Position numbers and translations under genes: made by a program. From positions 588 to 64,587 of IMG/VR virus record IMGVR_UViG_3300001278_000001: 64,000 bases of DNA. The stretch is one strand, 5' to 3'. The DNA is from a virus. The stretch's first letter is position 1, and every line of letters starts with the position of its first letter. The notes under the pieces are model-generated. The model had not been told where the DNA came from. It ran no database searches and saw only the letters and a list, made by a program, of their open reading frames with translations. Shown piece after piece: positions 28,282 to 38,317 of this stretch.

Positions 28282-30109
28282 TGTAATCGGAAGATATGTA
28301 ATCTCTAAAAAAATAAACCTTTATCCTGAAACTTGTTAAATTGCTGTATGGAGGTATATGTATTTTTGTAGATGTAGGTGTTGTATCTATTCCTGTGGCA
28401 TTTGTTACTCTAGGTCTAAATCCTAAGTTAGAATAAGATATATTTATAGAATTAGCAATTGCAAATCCTGATCCTAGATTACCTACAGAAACAGAATTAT
28501 TATTTGATGAAACTAATGATATTGATCTTGTAGGGTTATCTCCTCCGCCTGGATTTGTATCTGTCACTTCAAATTCTACAAAAAAAGCAGGTTTAGAATT
28601 ATCTTGAGATTGATTAATTGCATTTATTTCATTTTGATTATTTTGAGCATTTTGTAATGCAATATTAGCTGTGTTTTCAGCTTGATTTGCTAGATTTTCA
28701 TTTGTCTGAATATCTGTTTCGTTCTGAGATATTCTATTATCAACTAATTGCCTATTTAATATATGAGCAGGACTAGATGTATCATTTTCTGCCCAATTAG
28801 ATTGAACTTGCTCAGGTAATGTTATTCTTGATAACTCATTCCCATTAATGGAAAATACTATTTGTCTTCCATCTGTATTGTCCTCATTTAAAGTGTATGA
28901 TATAGGTGTTGTTGTAACATTTCCATCAGAATCAGTTGTAATTAAGTTTCCATTTTCAAAAACCTGAGTTACATTGCTTCCTTGACCAACAACAAATGTA
29001 GCAATATCAAATCCAACATTACCTGCTGTGTCTGTTACAATAACTCTAAATGAATATGTTCCCTCAGTAAGTCCATTAACTCTAGTTGTTTCAGAAGTAG
29101 GATCTACAATAAAGAAATTTCCTCCTGTTAAGCTCTCCCATCTATAGGAAGCTACATCACTACCATCGGTAACAATAGCGGTAAGATCAATAAAATTATC
29201 AGGAAAATCTACTTGATTTTTTGAAAGTTCAATTGTCACATCAGGAATGTCGCTATTAATTGTTTTAATCTCTTCAATTAATCGAATATTATCTATATAA
29301 ACTTTAGATAAAGTATCCTCTTCATTAATTGGGGATATTTTAAATGTAAAAGAATCTATCTCAGAAGCAGGGAAGTTGCTAAAAGTTAAAGGTATTGTTA
29401 TTTCTTGATACGATGTATTTGAAATATCTAATCCAAAAGTAGAATCAACTAATAATATCTCTGTGAAAGATGGAATTCCTGATTTTTCAAAGAAAATAGA
29501 TATTTTATATGGAACAGAATTCGGTTCGTTTCTTAAAAAGAATTTTAACTCTGTTAGATTTTCTGAATTAATAAGTGATCCATTATCAAATTTTATAGTT
29601 GAGTCTATAGCATTTGATATATCACAAAATGAAATATTATTATTCCCATCTTGAGGATCTAATTGACTAGATATGTCTACATTTACAGCAGTAGCATTAC
29701 TAACTGATGGAGTCCACTCTGTATTAGCTAATTCATTATAAACAACAAGTGTGTTTACTGTTGTTTCAATTTGATTAATTGTACTTTCTATAAAAGCTAT
29801 ATCATCTAATGTTTTGCATAATAATTGTTGATGTCTAAATAGAACTTGCACAAAACTTAATGGTAATTCAACAGGTTCTAATGAATCACATTCTTTTTTT
29901 CTAGTTCTTGGGTACGAAAGACACGAATTTTCAAACAAAGACATATCGAAATTTTGACCAAAAATAGCTCCCATTTCAATAGTAATAGTTTCTCCTGTTA
30001 TTGGATCTGTTCCTATTACATAATCCTGAGGACTTAATGGAAATTTTACTTTATATAATTTTTTATTTGCTATCTGACCCATGATGTAATTTTTGTGAAA
30101 ATTAAGCAT
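28274..30109 (-). CDS. Tail/virion appendage protein with carbohydrate-binding-like, PKD-like and coiled-coil segments
   Basis: YRWESLTGG...TRVNGLTEGTYSFRVIVTD (PKD-like); beta-sandwich ending VYIDNIRL; QNAQNNQNE coiled coil. Confidence 0.6.
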   Translation of the reverse strand: MLNFHKNYIMGQIANKKLYKVKFPLSPQDYVIGTDPITGETITIEMGAIFGQNFDMSLFENSCLSYPRTRKKECDSLEPVELPLSFVQVLFRHQQLLCKTLDDIAFIESTINQIETTVNTLVVYNELANTEWTPSVSNATAVNVDISSQLDPQDGNNNISFCDISNAIDSTIKFDNGSLINSENLTELKFFLRNEPNSVPYKISIFFEKSGIPSFTEILLVDSTFGLDISNTSYQEITIPLTFSNFPASEIDSFTFKISPINEEDTLSKVYIDNIRLIEEIKTINSDIPDVTIELSKNQVDFPDNFIDLTAIVTDGSDVASYRWESLTGGNFFIVDPTSETTRVNGLTEGTYSFRVIVTDTAGNVGFDIATFVVGQGSNVTQVFENGNLITTDSDGNVTTTPISYTLNEDNTDGRQIVFSINGNELSRITLPEQVQSNWAENDTSSPAHILNRQLVDNRISQNETDIQTNENLANQAENTANIALQNAQNNQNEINAINQSQDNSKPAFFVEFEVTDTNPGGGDNPTRSISLVSSNNNSVSVGNLGSGFAIANSINISYSNLGFRPRVTNATGIDTTPTSTKIHIPPYSNLTSFRIKVYFFRDYISSDYTI

Positions 30110-30150
30110 TATATCACATATAAATAAGGCTTAATTGTAATTTGACAATG

Positions 30151-30615
30151 CTATTTTTTTCTTATTTTTTGTATTTTCTCTAAACTTCTACCTCCAAAAT
30201 AAGCACCGTACACTAGTAATAGTAAGGAGGACAATAAGCTGATCCAATCCTTTTTTACGTCGAATCCATCAACCGAACTATCTACAGTTATATAAGTTGC
30301 CATAGCGACTGTTAGAAATATGATTATTAAAGGTCTTACATTTTTACTTAACCAAGAGTCAGAAGTCATGTCAGATTCCCATCTTTTAGTTGTCTCTTGA
30401 GCGTCTAACACATCAAATTCAAGCAACTTTAAAGCCACTTCTTTATCTTGTTGACTTATGGTGTCGGAATCACCAATAACCTTTCCTAGCTTCTTCAAAG
30501 CCCCAACGCCTGAAATACTACCTGCTATATCTAAAATATCAGGAGCAACACCTTTTAATTTTCTTAAAAAGTCTCCAACACGAGTAGTTCCGTTTTTATC
30601 TTTATAATTTCCCAT
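30151..30615 (-). CDS. Holin (3TM, GTA-holin-like)
   Basis: DMTSDSWLSKNVRPLIIIF...AYFGGRSLEK. Confidence 0.78.
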   Translation of the reverse strand: MGNYKDKNGTTRVGDFLRKLKGVAPDILDIAGSISGVGALKKLGKVIGDSDTISQQDKEVALKLLEFDVLDAQETTKRWESDMTSDSWLSKNVRPLIIIFLTVAMATYITVDSSVDGFDVKKDWISLLSSLLLLVYGAYFGGRSLEKIQKIRKK

Positions 30616-31072
30616 CTCTGTAAAATTTAATTATATGATTCAATTCTGAATCAGTCCATTCTTCTCTTTTTGATCCGAAATTAACTTTAGCTAGTTTGTT
30701 TTTTATTAAATAGTCATTTATACAAAGATTATGAATCCATATACGCATTAATGGTCTACCGAATTTACCATCTATATAGTTTACACTTTGAACTACAATA
30801 TCTTTATTTAGAATTTTTTTCTCTAAATCAGCAGATATTAATTTGGCACATTTTTTTTCTAGGGCATTTTTAGTTCTAGGTTCAGGGGTATCTACACCTA
30901 AAACTCTTATGTGTAAGTCGTTAATTGTTATATGAAAACCTAAATCTAAATCTATTACAAAAGTGTCTCCATCAACAATCCTGTCTACATTTGCCTTATA
31001 TGTATAGTTTACATTTTGAGAAACTGCGAGATTCACGAATAATATCGCAAAAACTAGAAGTATTTTTTTCAT
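30602..31072 (-). CDS. Thermonuclease (SNase-like) with signal peptide
   Basis: VDRIVDGDTF.IDLDLGF...IRVLGVDTPE...GKFGRPL; N-term MKKILLVFAILFVNLAVSQ. Confidence 0.85.
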   Translation of the reverse strand: MKKILLVFAILFVNLAVSQNVNYTYKANVDRIVDGDTFVIDLDLGFHITINDLHIRVLGVDTPEPRTKNALEKKCAKLISADLEKKILNKDIVVQSVNYIDGKFGRPLMRIWIHNLCINDYLIKNKLAKVNFGSKREEWTDSELNHIIKFYRDGKL

Positions 31073-31074
31073 AA

Positions 31075-31659
31075 CTAAAACTCTTTAATTAAACAAAAAG
31101 AAACAATTTTTTGAGGTTTAAGTTTATTTAAAATAAATAAGTAGTCCGAAACTTTGTTTACAACAAAGCAACCCCAAGACCAACCACCTATAAGTCTTCT
31201 AAAGAAATTAGGTCTAAGATTGTAATCGATAGTGTGAAAATTTATTCCAAAATAACCTGAAACCAATTTACCTATCTCTTCTGCCAAGTTGTTGTCGTTA
31301 TTATCCCTATAGCCAAATATTCTTCCAACCTGTCTTAAAGCGGGCATTTTACCCCTGTGAAGACCGTATTTCCATATATCATAGAACCATTCGTCAGATT
31401 TTGTTATGAATGCACCTGACAATCCTTGTCTTTTATAGTTCTTTAAAGCTTTTAATCCTGCATTTGTTGTACAGGTTGCAACCTTAATAAAAACCTCCCC
31501 CTTATAAAGATATACTTTGTCGTCAAAAGTGTTCGGGGAATTTTCATTAGATCTAACAAAAAGCAACCAATATCCTTTAGGAATTCCTTTGAAACCATTT
31601 GTAGATTTTACTCTTCTTAATAGTTGGCTGTCCGAATATGATTTTACATTACTCTTCAT
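31075..31659 (-). CDS. Putative endolysin, L,D-transpeptidase (YkuD)-like fold
   Basis: GINFH...GGWSWGCFV His/Cys motif; lies between two holins. Confidence 0.65.
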   Translation of the reverse strand: MKSNVKSYSDSQLLRRVKSTNGFKGIPKGYWLLFVRSNENSPNTFDDKVYLYKGEVFIKVATCTTNAGLKALKNYKRQGLSGAFITKSDEWFYDIWKYGLHRGKMPALRQVGRIFGYRDNNDNNLAEEIGKLVSGYFGINFHTIDYNLRPNFFRRLIGGWSWGCFVVNKVSDYLFILNKLKPQKIVSFCLIKEF

Positions 31660-32131
31660 CTTTGTCTGAATCTATTTTACAATTAGCTCCACTCTCAATA
31701 TTGCTTAATGATTTCCTAATAAATCCTGCCATAGCTTTTCTTATAGAATTTAAAAGCATTGATATGTAATCAACATTTTTGATCCTAACTTTATTCTTGG
31801 CAGAATAGATATTAGTAATACAACTTAATGCTTCTGATACTAATAGGACTCTCATAACTATTTCAACACCTAGCGAGAAGTCTCCTATTTTTAATCCTTT
31901 TGCTAAAAGAGCAACTATTAAAGGAATTATTAAGAAACATAATTTTAAACAGAATCCCCACAATAATTTTCTAAAGCAGAATTCATCTCCGAGCCTTACG
32001 CTTTTTATAGCTCCTAAGAAGGAGTCTATGCACATAAAAATTGTTAATATTAAAAACATCTCTAAATCTATTTCTAACCAAACAAAAAACCCATAAATTG
32101 ACATTTTAAGAAACTTAAGCACTTCTTCCAT
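31649..32131 (-). CDS. Holin (toxin-secretion/phage lysis holin family)
   Basis: CIDSFLGAIKS...LWGFCLK...SEALSCITNI. Confidence 0.75.
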   Translation of the reverse strand: MEEVLKFLKMSIYGFFVWLEIDLEMFLILTIFMCIDSFLGAIKSVRLGDEFCFRKLLWGFCLKLCFLIIPLIVALLAKGLKIGDFSLGVEIVMRVLLVSEALSCITNIYSAKNKVRIKNVDYISMLLNSIRKAMAGFIRKSLSNIESGANCKIDSDKDEE

Positions 32132-33110
32132 TTTTTATTAAATAATAAGTTGAACAAATTAAAAACAATGAGGTAGACAATGTTTGAAAAATTAAAGAAT
32201 ACTCAATTGAGTAATTTATTAATTCGCAAAAAGAATCAATTACATTTATTAAGTTAAAAGTTAGTAGCCCCCAAATTGATAGTTTGCTATAAAAACAAAA
32301 ATTGTAATTATATACAATGTAAAAAAGCGGAATTAAAGAGAAAATAGATTGACCTACGATGTAGCTAACATATTCATAAAAAGCAGGATTGGAAACAATA
32401 TCAAAGTAATATACGTTCACAGCAAAGCAAGTTATAATTAATGACAAAAAAGGCATTAAAGAAACTATTGATTTGAACCATTGCTTTTTTAAAATATCTT
32501 TCATTACTTTTTTTTAGGAACAGATCCACCTCCCCTAAGTGGTCTTGATTTTTTGGTTTTTTTTGATTTTGGTTTTGGTTTATTTGTTGTGTATTTTTTC
32601 TTCATGTTAATCTATTTTATTTAAGCTTTCTCCGATAAAGTGTATAGTTACTGGAAGTAGTCCGATCCACTCTCCAATTAACACACTGAAAACATTAAAT
32701 CCAAATGATAATAGTATTGATAGCGTCATAATCGACGATGCAATATATTTATATATTCTTTGTTTTTTTGATGAGAATACAACCATTACAATAGAACCTC
32801 CAATAAAAAATATCATTGTAAAGGTGTAGTGTAATATTTTGTAATCTAAATGAGGTGTTAGGGCTACACCTATTAAAGAAAAACCCAATATAATATTGTA
32901 CCATTTTTTTTCCCTAATAACTCCATTATACATAAATAGAGATCCTGAAAGAGTAAGCAATGTCGGTAACAAATAAGATTTATCTGAATACGCATAATCA
33001 CTTATACTTGATCTAACCTCTCCTGTAAGTAAAATCAATATTAAGGGTATAAAGAATAAAAAAGACCCTAGTATTGTTTCAAATTTAGTAAGTCTGCTTA
33101 TTGGTTTCAT
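32115..33110 (-). CDS. Membrane proteins 32115-32504 and 32607-33110, with a 33-aa basic peptide at 32504-32605 between them
   Basis: Multiple hydrophobic segments; the peptide was hand-translated and has a TAATG overlap. Confidence 0.6.
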
Positions 33111-33111
33111 A

Positions 33112-33957
33112 TTAACTTAAATTTCCTTTTAATTTTTCAACAAAATATTCTCTAACAGATCTTCCTTGTAAATCCTCAAGACCATATATTTGAATAGCTC
33201 CTTTTATTTGACCTGCTTGAGTTGCACTCATAGAACCCGAAGATACGGCTTGATCTATTTGTTCATTACTTAATATATTGGTATTTAGCCAATCAAATTT
33301 AGTGTCTTCATTTATTTTCTTAAAAATGAATGTACTTCCGTACTTCTCAAATTGAGAAAAAGCTCCCGAATAAGAATTTGCTATTTTTCTCATTTCGTTA
33401 AATGCGTGACTAGAGTTATTGAATATTCCTAGTACAACTAGCATTGTTCCTACTTTTTCAGATAGAATTATAGTTATATTACTTCTTCTTTTTTCTCCTA
33501 CCTCTCTTCCTGTAATATTATTATAAGTTTTACTCTTATCTTTTGAGGATAATCTTTCCTCTCCATTATTATCGGAGTCTCTATCTGATGTATCTAAGTC
33601 TCCGTTAGTGAAGAAATATTCCCAAGTTTTTATTCTTGATTTTATTCCATATTTACTTATTGGAGTATTTGGATCTGAAACGTGATTTGGGTTATATTCA
33701 TATTTCTCTGTTATGCATAATACCTCTCTTCCTTCCCAAGTATATATTACTTTGTCTATTAGACCGTCATTTGTAAAATGAATATTAGGTTCTAGTCTTA
33801 TTCCTGATAAAAGACTATTCTTGTAGTCTATAGAAGATAAATCTCCTAAAGAAGCTTGTTCAGTAACTAACAATCGTAATAAGTGAATAGGATCAGAAGC
33901 GAAATCTAAACGTCCTTTTTCTATTGCTAATTTTTTAAAATCCTGTATTGCTTTCAT
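33112..33957 (-). CDS. Hypothetical (probably virion) protein
   Basis: ORF track; position in the tail cluster. Confidence 0.6.
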   Translation of the reverse strand: MKAIQDFKKLAIEKGRLDFASDPIHLLRLLVTEQASLGDLSSIDYKNSLLSGIRLEPNIHFTNDGLIDKVIYTWEGREVLCITEKYEYNPNHVSDPNTPISKYGIKSRIKTWEYFFTNGDLDTSDRDSDNNGEERLSSKDKSKTYNNITGREVGEKRRSNITIILSEKVGTMLVVLGIFNNSSHAFNEMRKIANSYSGAFSQFEKYGSTFIFKKINEDTKFDWLNTNILSNEQIDQAVSSGSMSATQAGQIKGAIQIYGLEDLQGRSVREYFVEKLKGNLS

Positions 33958-33958
33958 A

Positions 33959-34930
33959 TTATTGTCTTCCTAGTATATAGTATTCTATTGCGTTAGCGAA
34001 ATCTACTGTGTCAATCCAAACTAACCTAGTGTACCTAGCCACTACAGCTACGTTTTCTAAATCTACTCTACTTCCATCAGGAGGCAGGGTTATTTGTAAT
34101 GCTTCCGTGAAGGTAACTCCATCGTCACTTATTTGAAAAGAAAAGGGAACTGAACCTCTATTTGCACTATGTATTAATCCTAATTTAGTTATCAATGTTT
34201 GTTGACCGTGATCTATTTGTATATAATGATCTTGTGCTTGACCATTTCCTGCGGAGAAATGTTGGCTACCTCCATTATCAGGATCAATAGTTCCATCAAA
34301 AGCGTTTGCTATTGCGAAAGTCGTGCTAAATTGTGATTTTGCAGAGAATCCAGTAATAAATCTTTGTTCAACTCCATTTGGAAGATTTACACAATCAACA
34401 AAATTGTCTCCCCAATTCTTAGAGCTAGATTGACCGTTTTTTATTTCTAACTCGTGAGTTCCTAAATCGTTACATCTAGCCAAAAGAGTTATTAAGTTTG
34501 GCTGAATAACTACGTTATCTATTTCTGCATCTTCTAATGTTATTACACTATTAGGTTGAAAGTTCTCTCCTTCTATAGATATTACGCCAAATTCAGTAGG
34601 TCTTAATTTACCTCCAACTCTTGATATGAATGGAGATATTCCTGATCCTCCTGTAACTTCATCTTTTTTTGCAAAAACAGATTCTTCATCTAATATTAAA
34701 ATAAAATATTGCTCTAATGAATCTGCATCTAAAAAAACGATGATTCCCGAATCATCTTTTCCTGATATTTCGTTAAATGGAGTTCTAACTATCTGAGGAA
34801 TGTTAGAGTTCTTTTTAGCGAATGAAAAATTATCTCCATCTCTACTGTAAATCCAATCTTCGGGGAATCCTGCGCCAAGAGTATCAGCATAAATAATTCC
34901 AGTATCGGGGCTTTTGAATATATTAATCAT
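33959..34930 (-). CDS. Tail protein with Ig-like and C-terminal discoidin (F5/8 type C) domain
   Basis: SAKSQF...IANAFDG...HYIQIDHG...ITKLGL...ARYTRL. Confidence 0.7.
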   Translation of the reverse strand: MINIFKSPDTGIIYADTLGAGFPEDWIYSRDGDNFSFAKKNSNIPQIVRTPFNEISGKDDSGIIVFLDADSLEQYFILILDEESVFAKKDEVTGGSGISPFISRVGGKLRPTEFGVISIEGENFQPNSVITLEDAEIDNVVIQPNLITLLARCNDLGTHELEIKNGQSSSKNWGDNFVDCVNLPNGVEQRFITGFSAKSQFSTTFAIANAFDGTIDPDNGGSQHFSAGNGQAQDHYIQIDHGQQTLITKLGLIHSANRGSVPFSFQISDDGVTFTEALQITLPPDGSRVDLENVAVVARYTRLVWIDTVDFANAIEYYILGRQ

Positions 34931-35747
34931 TTCTAAATTTTCTTTCTATTTTATAAATAATATCGTAAACATCTATATTACCATCACAGGTAACGTAGAT
35001 TTCTCCACCATTTTGAATAAATTCATCTAAAGTATATAAATCAATTGTTTCAGATACTTTAGTGTCAACTCCTGCTCCTCTAGCAAGTCTAATTGTTTTT
35101 GACCAAATAACTCCACTAGATCCTCCGATGTCTAACTCTAATGTTAAATTCCTGTTATTCAATGTTGGATCAACAATAAATTGTATAGTCCAATCATAAG
35201 AATCTCCTTCATTGTCAGGTTGTAGTTTATTTGAATCAAGTATAGTGTCTAAGCCTTCTGTTTGAGTAATGTTTATTACATTAGATCCATTATTTGGAAG
35301 TAATGCTCTTCCATTAGATTGAGGTATGGATAAAGGTGCTGTTTCTGTGTATTCATCGTCTCCGAACTCTATCCAACCTAAAAATCTTTTTTCTACTTTA
35401 GCTGAATCTAAATCCTGAATTTGCTGATCTAAATCATTTATCTCAGATTGAAGAGCTTCATCAAAAAATATAGAATCATTTATTGAATTTATTCCTGTAG
35501 CTAAATCACTAGGAACTGACCCATCAATTTCCCATTGGTTAAACTTCGAGAAATCAGCAGGTAACGATCTTAAATGACCGTTTCTTAGATCATTTGATGA
35601 ATAATTGTTCTTTAACTTAATTTCAAGATCTTTTTTCTTGTATAAATTATAGTTAATATATACTTCATCATCTTTTATGGTGTAGTTTTCTCCTGTAGCT
35701 AATGTTACAGATTGAGATGAACCATATATTCTATTTTTAATAACCAT
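34923..35747 (-). CDS. Tail fibre/adaptor protein (true start likely MVIKNRIY at 35747, 274 aa)
   Basis: N-term is paralogous to 37956-38273; the track start at 35813 overlaps the upstream gene. Confidence 0.6.
   Translation of the reverse strand: MVIKNRIYGSSQSVTLATGENYTIKDDEVYINYNLYKKKDLEIKLKNNYSSNDLRNGHLRSLPADFSKFNQWEIDGSVPSDLATGINSINDSIFFDEALQSEINDLDQQIQDLDSAKVEKRFLGWIEFGDDEYTETAPLSIPQSNGRALLPNNGSNVINITQTEGLDTILDSNKLQPDNEGDSYDWTIQFIVDPTLNNRNLTLELDIGGSSGVIWSKTIRLARGAGVDTKVSETIDLYTLDEFIQNGGEIYVTCDGNIDVYDIIYKIERKFRND
35522..35587. repeat. Direct repeat copy A (66 bp, 64/66 identical to 38096-38161)
   Basis: Contains a 49-bp perfect match TTAAACTTCGAGAAATCAGCAGGTAACGATCTTAAATGACCGTTTCTTA. 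Confidence 0.9.
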
Positions 35748-35757
35748 AATTTTTTTA

Positions 35758-37956
35758 TTATTCGTCTGTTGTGTAAACTCCTGATATATTAATGCTAGTT
35801 CCATTTGGAGCATTTGTAGAAAGTTCTATACTGTCTGAATTTCCCGAATCTCTTCTTATTTGAATTTCATTTCCAAAAGCAATCCACGCCTTAACGTTAC
35901 TTGCATTATCATTCGATATATTGTTAAAGCGACCAATTGTAAGAGAATGAACACCCCCTGTAGTTGCAGGTCTAATGTTGAACGGCAAATTACCTATAAT
36001 CATAGGATCAAAATTACTTGGAGCTGTGATCATTCTAGGCTGACCTATAGCAATATTAAAATAAACTAAAGACCCCGTTTTAATATAATGCCCCGAAATA
36101 GAAGAAGATCCATAAGATCCTGTGCCTTGAGATGTTAGAAATGTAGGGTTAAATGTTCCTGAAACTTGACTTAATACAGGGCTTATTGTTGGTATTTTAT
36201 GTGTTAATTCAGTTCTTTTAGATTTAAAAGCTCTTTCATCTGTATAGTCATCGTTTACTGCATTATGAGATATAGTTCCATTTAAAACGTTTAAGTTCAA
36301 TGCTCCTATAGCACTTGGGTTTAAGTCGAATCTGATTGGGAATTGCTGAGGAGTTCCGCCTGTAAATACTATTTCGTTGTGACCTAAGAAGGTTAGTAAT
36401 GTATTTAATGTAGGAGTTGTTGATGGAGATGTTGGTCTGTCTCTTACCCAAATTAAATCAGAAGCTCCTTCTAAAACAGAGTCTTTTATAAAAATAGGAA
36501 TACTTTGATCTGCTCCTGATTTATAATGACTTGTTTGAATAAAATTACCATTTCCTAGCATTCTAGCAGTTCCTTCAAAAACAATAAATGATTCTTTTAT
36601 TTCAGCATCATTAAAAAATCTTCCGTCTAAATTAAAGAAAGGAAAGTTATTGTTGTTTGTTGCTTCTACAACTCCTTTGAAGTTAAATCTATGAGATTTT
36701 GGCTCTCCAAATGTAGGTTGATACATTTGAGCATTTGAGCTAGACAATCTCAAGTTATTCATAAACACATTGAAATTACCTGCTCTACATATAAAAACAA
36801 TAAATCTATTGTTATTTGGATCAGAAAACTCTCCTCCTAAAAATATATTATATGTTCCTACATCTGTAATGCTACCTACACTTAAGTCTGTTGATGTATA
36901 TCCTAATGAAAAAACACTAAATCCTGCATCTGAATTAATAGATTGTATCTCTCCAATTCTATATGTATGAAAAGTTTTGGCTTCATCAAATCTACGACCT
37001 TTTCCAGTAAACATTGAAGCAATACCTGAACCTGTTGCTGTAATATTTATTTTATTGATTTTTACATCAACAAAATCAGCAATACAATCTCCAAGTACAT
37101 TTGTGGATTGATTAATACTTTCGTTTATGTTGAAAGTGTTAACATCCATAAATATTCTAACAGATGTGGTTCTACTTTGACTTGAGTTTGTTCTTATTGG
37201 CAACGTAAACACATCTGCTCCTTCATCAGCCATTTCGAATAAATTGGCTCTAAGATCCATATCATCATTAAAAAACAATGTAGCTCCCCTAATGGTTCTT
37301 ATCGTTCCTTTAGGAATATATATCTTTCCAAGTCCACTTATTGTCAGGCTACTGTTTAATTTTAACACAACATCCTCAGAGGACACTATATTTAGGTCTT
37401 TTAGCGTAAAAGAGTCATTAATGATATATTCTCCTGCATCTTTAAGGAATATTACAAATCCCGCATCTCTTAATTCTGAATTATTAATATCAGTAAGTGC
37501 TGAATTTATGTCATTGTAATAATTTACAGGATCTCCAATTGAAGGAGTGTGAGAAATAGCTCCAACACCAACGACAAGGTAGTTAGGCTTAGCCATTCCT
37601 GAATCTTGAGCTAAAGAAACAAGGATACTTCCCGACCATCTATATTGACTATTTGTAGCTGTATCTATATAAATTTTACCTGTTTCCAACACTATCGGAT
37701 TCCCTGTAGGATCGTTAAATGTAGTTGAATCAATAAACTCTCCTTCAATTATATCATCTACATAGCTAGGTAATTGATTAGCAGGAACAGTTCCATTTAC
37801 TAAATCTGCCTTGCCTGATAAGTCTATAGGTTCTTGGAATTCTAGTATCTCAGTTAAAGACTCAACTAGGTTCTCAGGAGTTATTTGATCTTGTTCTGTT
37901 TTGTTGATAAAATTTACAACAAATTTGTCTAATATTTCTTGCTTAGTCGGGTTCAT
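35758..37956 (-). CDS. Tail spike/fibre (receptor-binding, possible beta-helix depolymerase)
   Basis: KADLVNGTVPANQLPSYVDD...GKIYID...YRWSG fibre motif; beta-rich middle; C-term GHYIKTGSLVYFNI...GNLPF. Confidence 0.72.
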   Translation of the reverse strand: MNPTKQEILDKFVVNFINKTEQDQITPENLVESLTEILEFQEPIDLSGKADLVNGTVPANQLPSYVDDIIEGEFIDSTTFNDPTGNPIVLETGKIYIDTATNSQYRWSGSILVSLAQDSGMAKPNYLVVGVGAISHTPSIGDPVNYYNDINSALTDINNSELRDAGFVIFLKDAGEYIINDSFTLKDLNIVSSEDVVLKLNSSLTISGLGKIYIPKGTIRTIRGATLFFNDDMDLRANLFEMADEGADVFTLPIRTNSSQSRTTSVRIFMDVNTFNINESINQSTNVLGDCIADFVDVKINKINITATGSGIASMFTGKGRRFDEAKTFHTYRIGEIQSINSDAGFSVFSLGYTSTDLSVGSITDVGTYNIFLGGEFSDPNNNRFIVFICRAGNFNVFMNNLRLSSSNAQMYQPTFGEPKSHRFNFKGVVEATNNNNFPFFNLDGRFFNDAEIKESFIVFEGTARMLGNGNFIQTSHYKSGADQSIPIFIKDSVLEGASDLIWVRDRPTSPSTTPTLNTLLTFLGHNEIVFTGGTPQQFPIRFDLNPSAIGALNLNVLNGTISHNAVNDDYTDERAFKSKRTELTHKIPTISPVLSQVSGTFNPTFLTSQGTGSYGSSSISGHYIKTGSLVYFNIAIGQPRMITAPSNFDPMIIGNLPFNIRPATTGGVHSLTIGRFNNISNDNASNVKAWIAFGNEIQIRRDSGNSDSIELSTNAPNGTSINISGVYTTDE

Positions 37957-38273
37957 TATATGAAAATGCTATTAAATTGATTATTAAAAATGCCTAAAGG
38001 CACTACGGGTGGATTTGTATTTGATGATCCTGATGATGTTGATATACAATTCCAAATATTATCAAGTAGTTCTATTAAGTTAGTCTGCTTAACATCATCA
38101 ATTTCCCATTCATTAAACTTCGAGAAATCAGCAGGTAACGATCTTAAATGACCGTTTCTTATTTTGTATGGATTATTGTTTATAAAAACTTCATCATCTT
38201 TTATGGTGTAGAAAGTTCCTGTTGCTATTTGCAAACTAAATCCTGAACAATATATTTTGTTTTTAGTAACCAT
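37956..38273 (-). CDS. Small tail-associated protein sharing its N-terminal module with 34923-35747
   Basis: YTIKDDEV and RNGHLRSLPADFSKFN shared. Confidence 0.6.
   Translation of the reverse strand: MVTKNKIYCSGFSLQIATGTFYTIKDDEVFINNNPYKIRNGHLRSLPADFSKFNEWEIDDVKQTNLIELLDNIWNCISTSSGSSNTNPPVVPLGIFNNQFNSIFI
38096..38161. repeat. Direct repeat copy B
   Basis: See copy A; a second 24-bp identical block lies at 35662-35685 / 38188-38211. Confidence 0.9.
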
Positions 38274-38317
38274 AATTATATCAAACTTTGATAAAAGTAG
38301 TTTTTTATTAATTAAAA

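Noticed and set aside
28274-38273. Diversity-generating retroelement or invertible tail-fibre shufflon
   Set aside because: No reverse transcriptase or invertase in the window. The repeats are direct, N-terminal and do not differ specifically at adenines.
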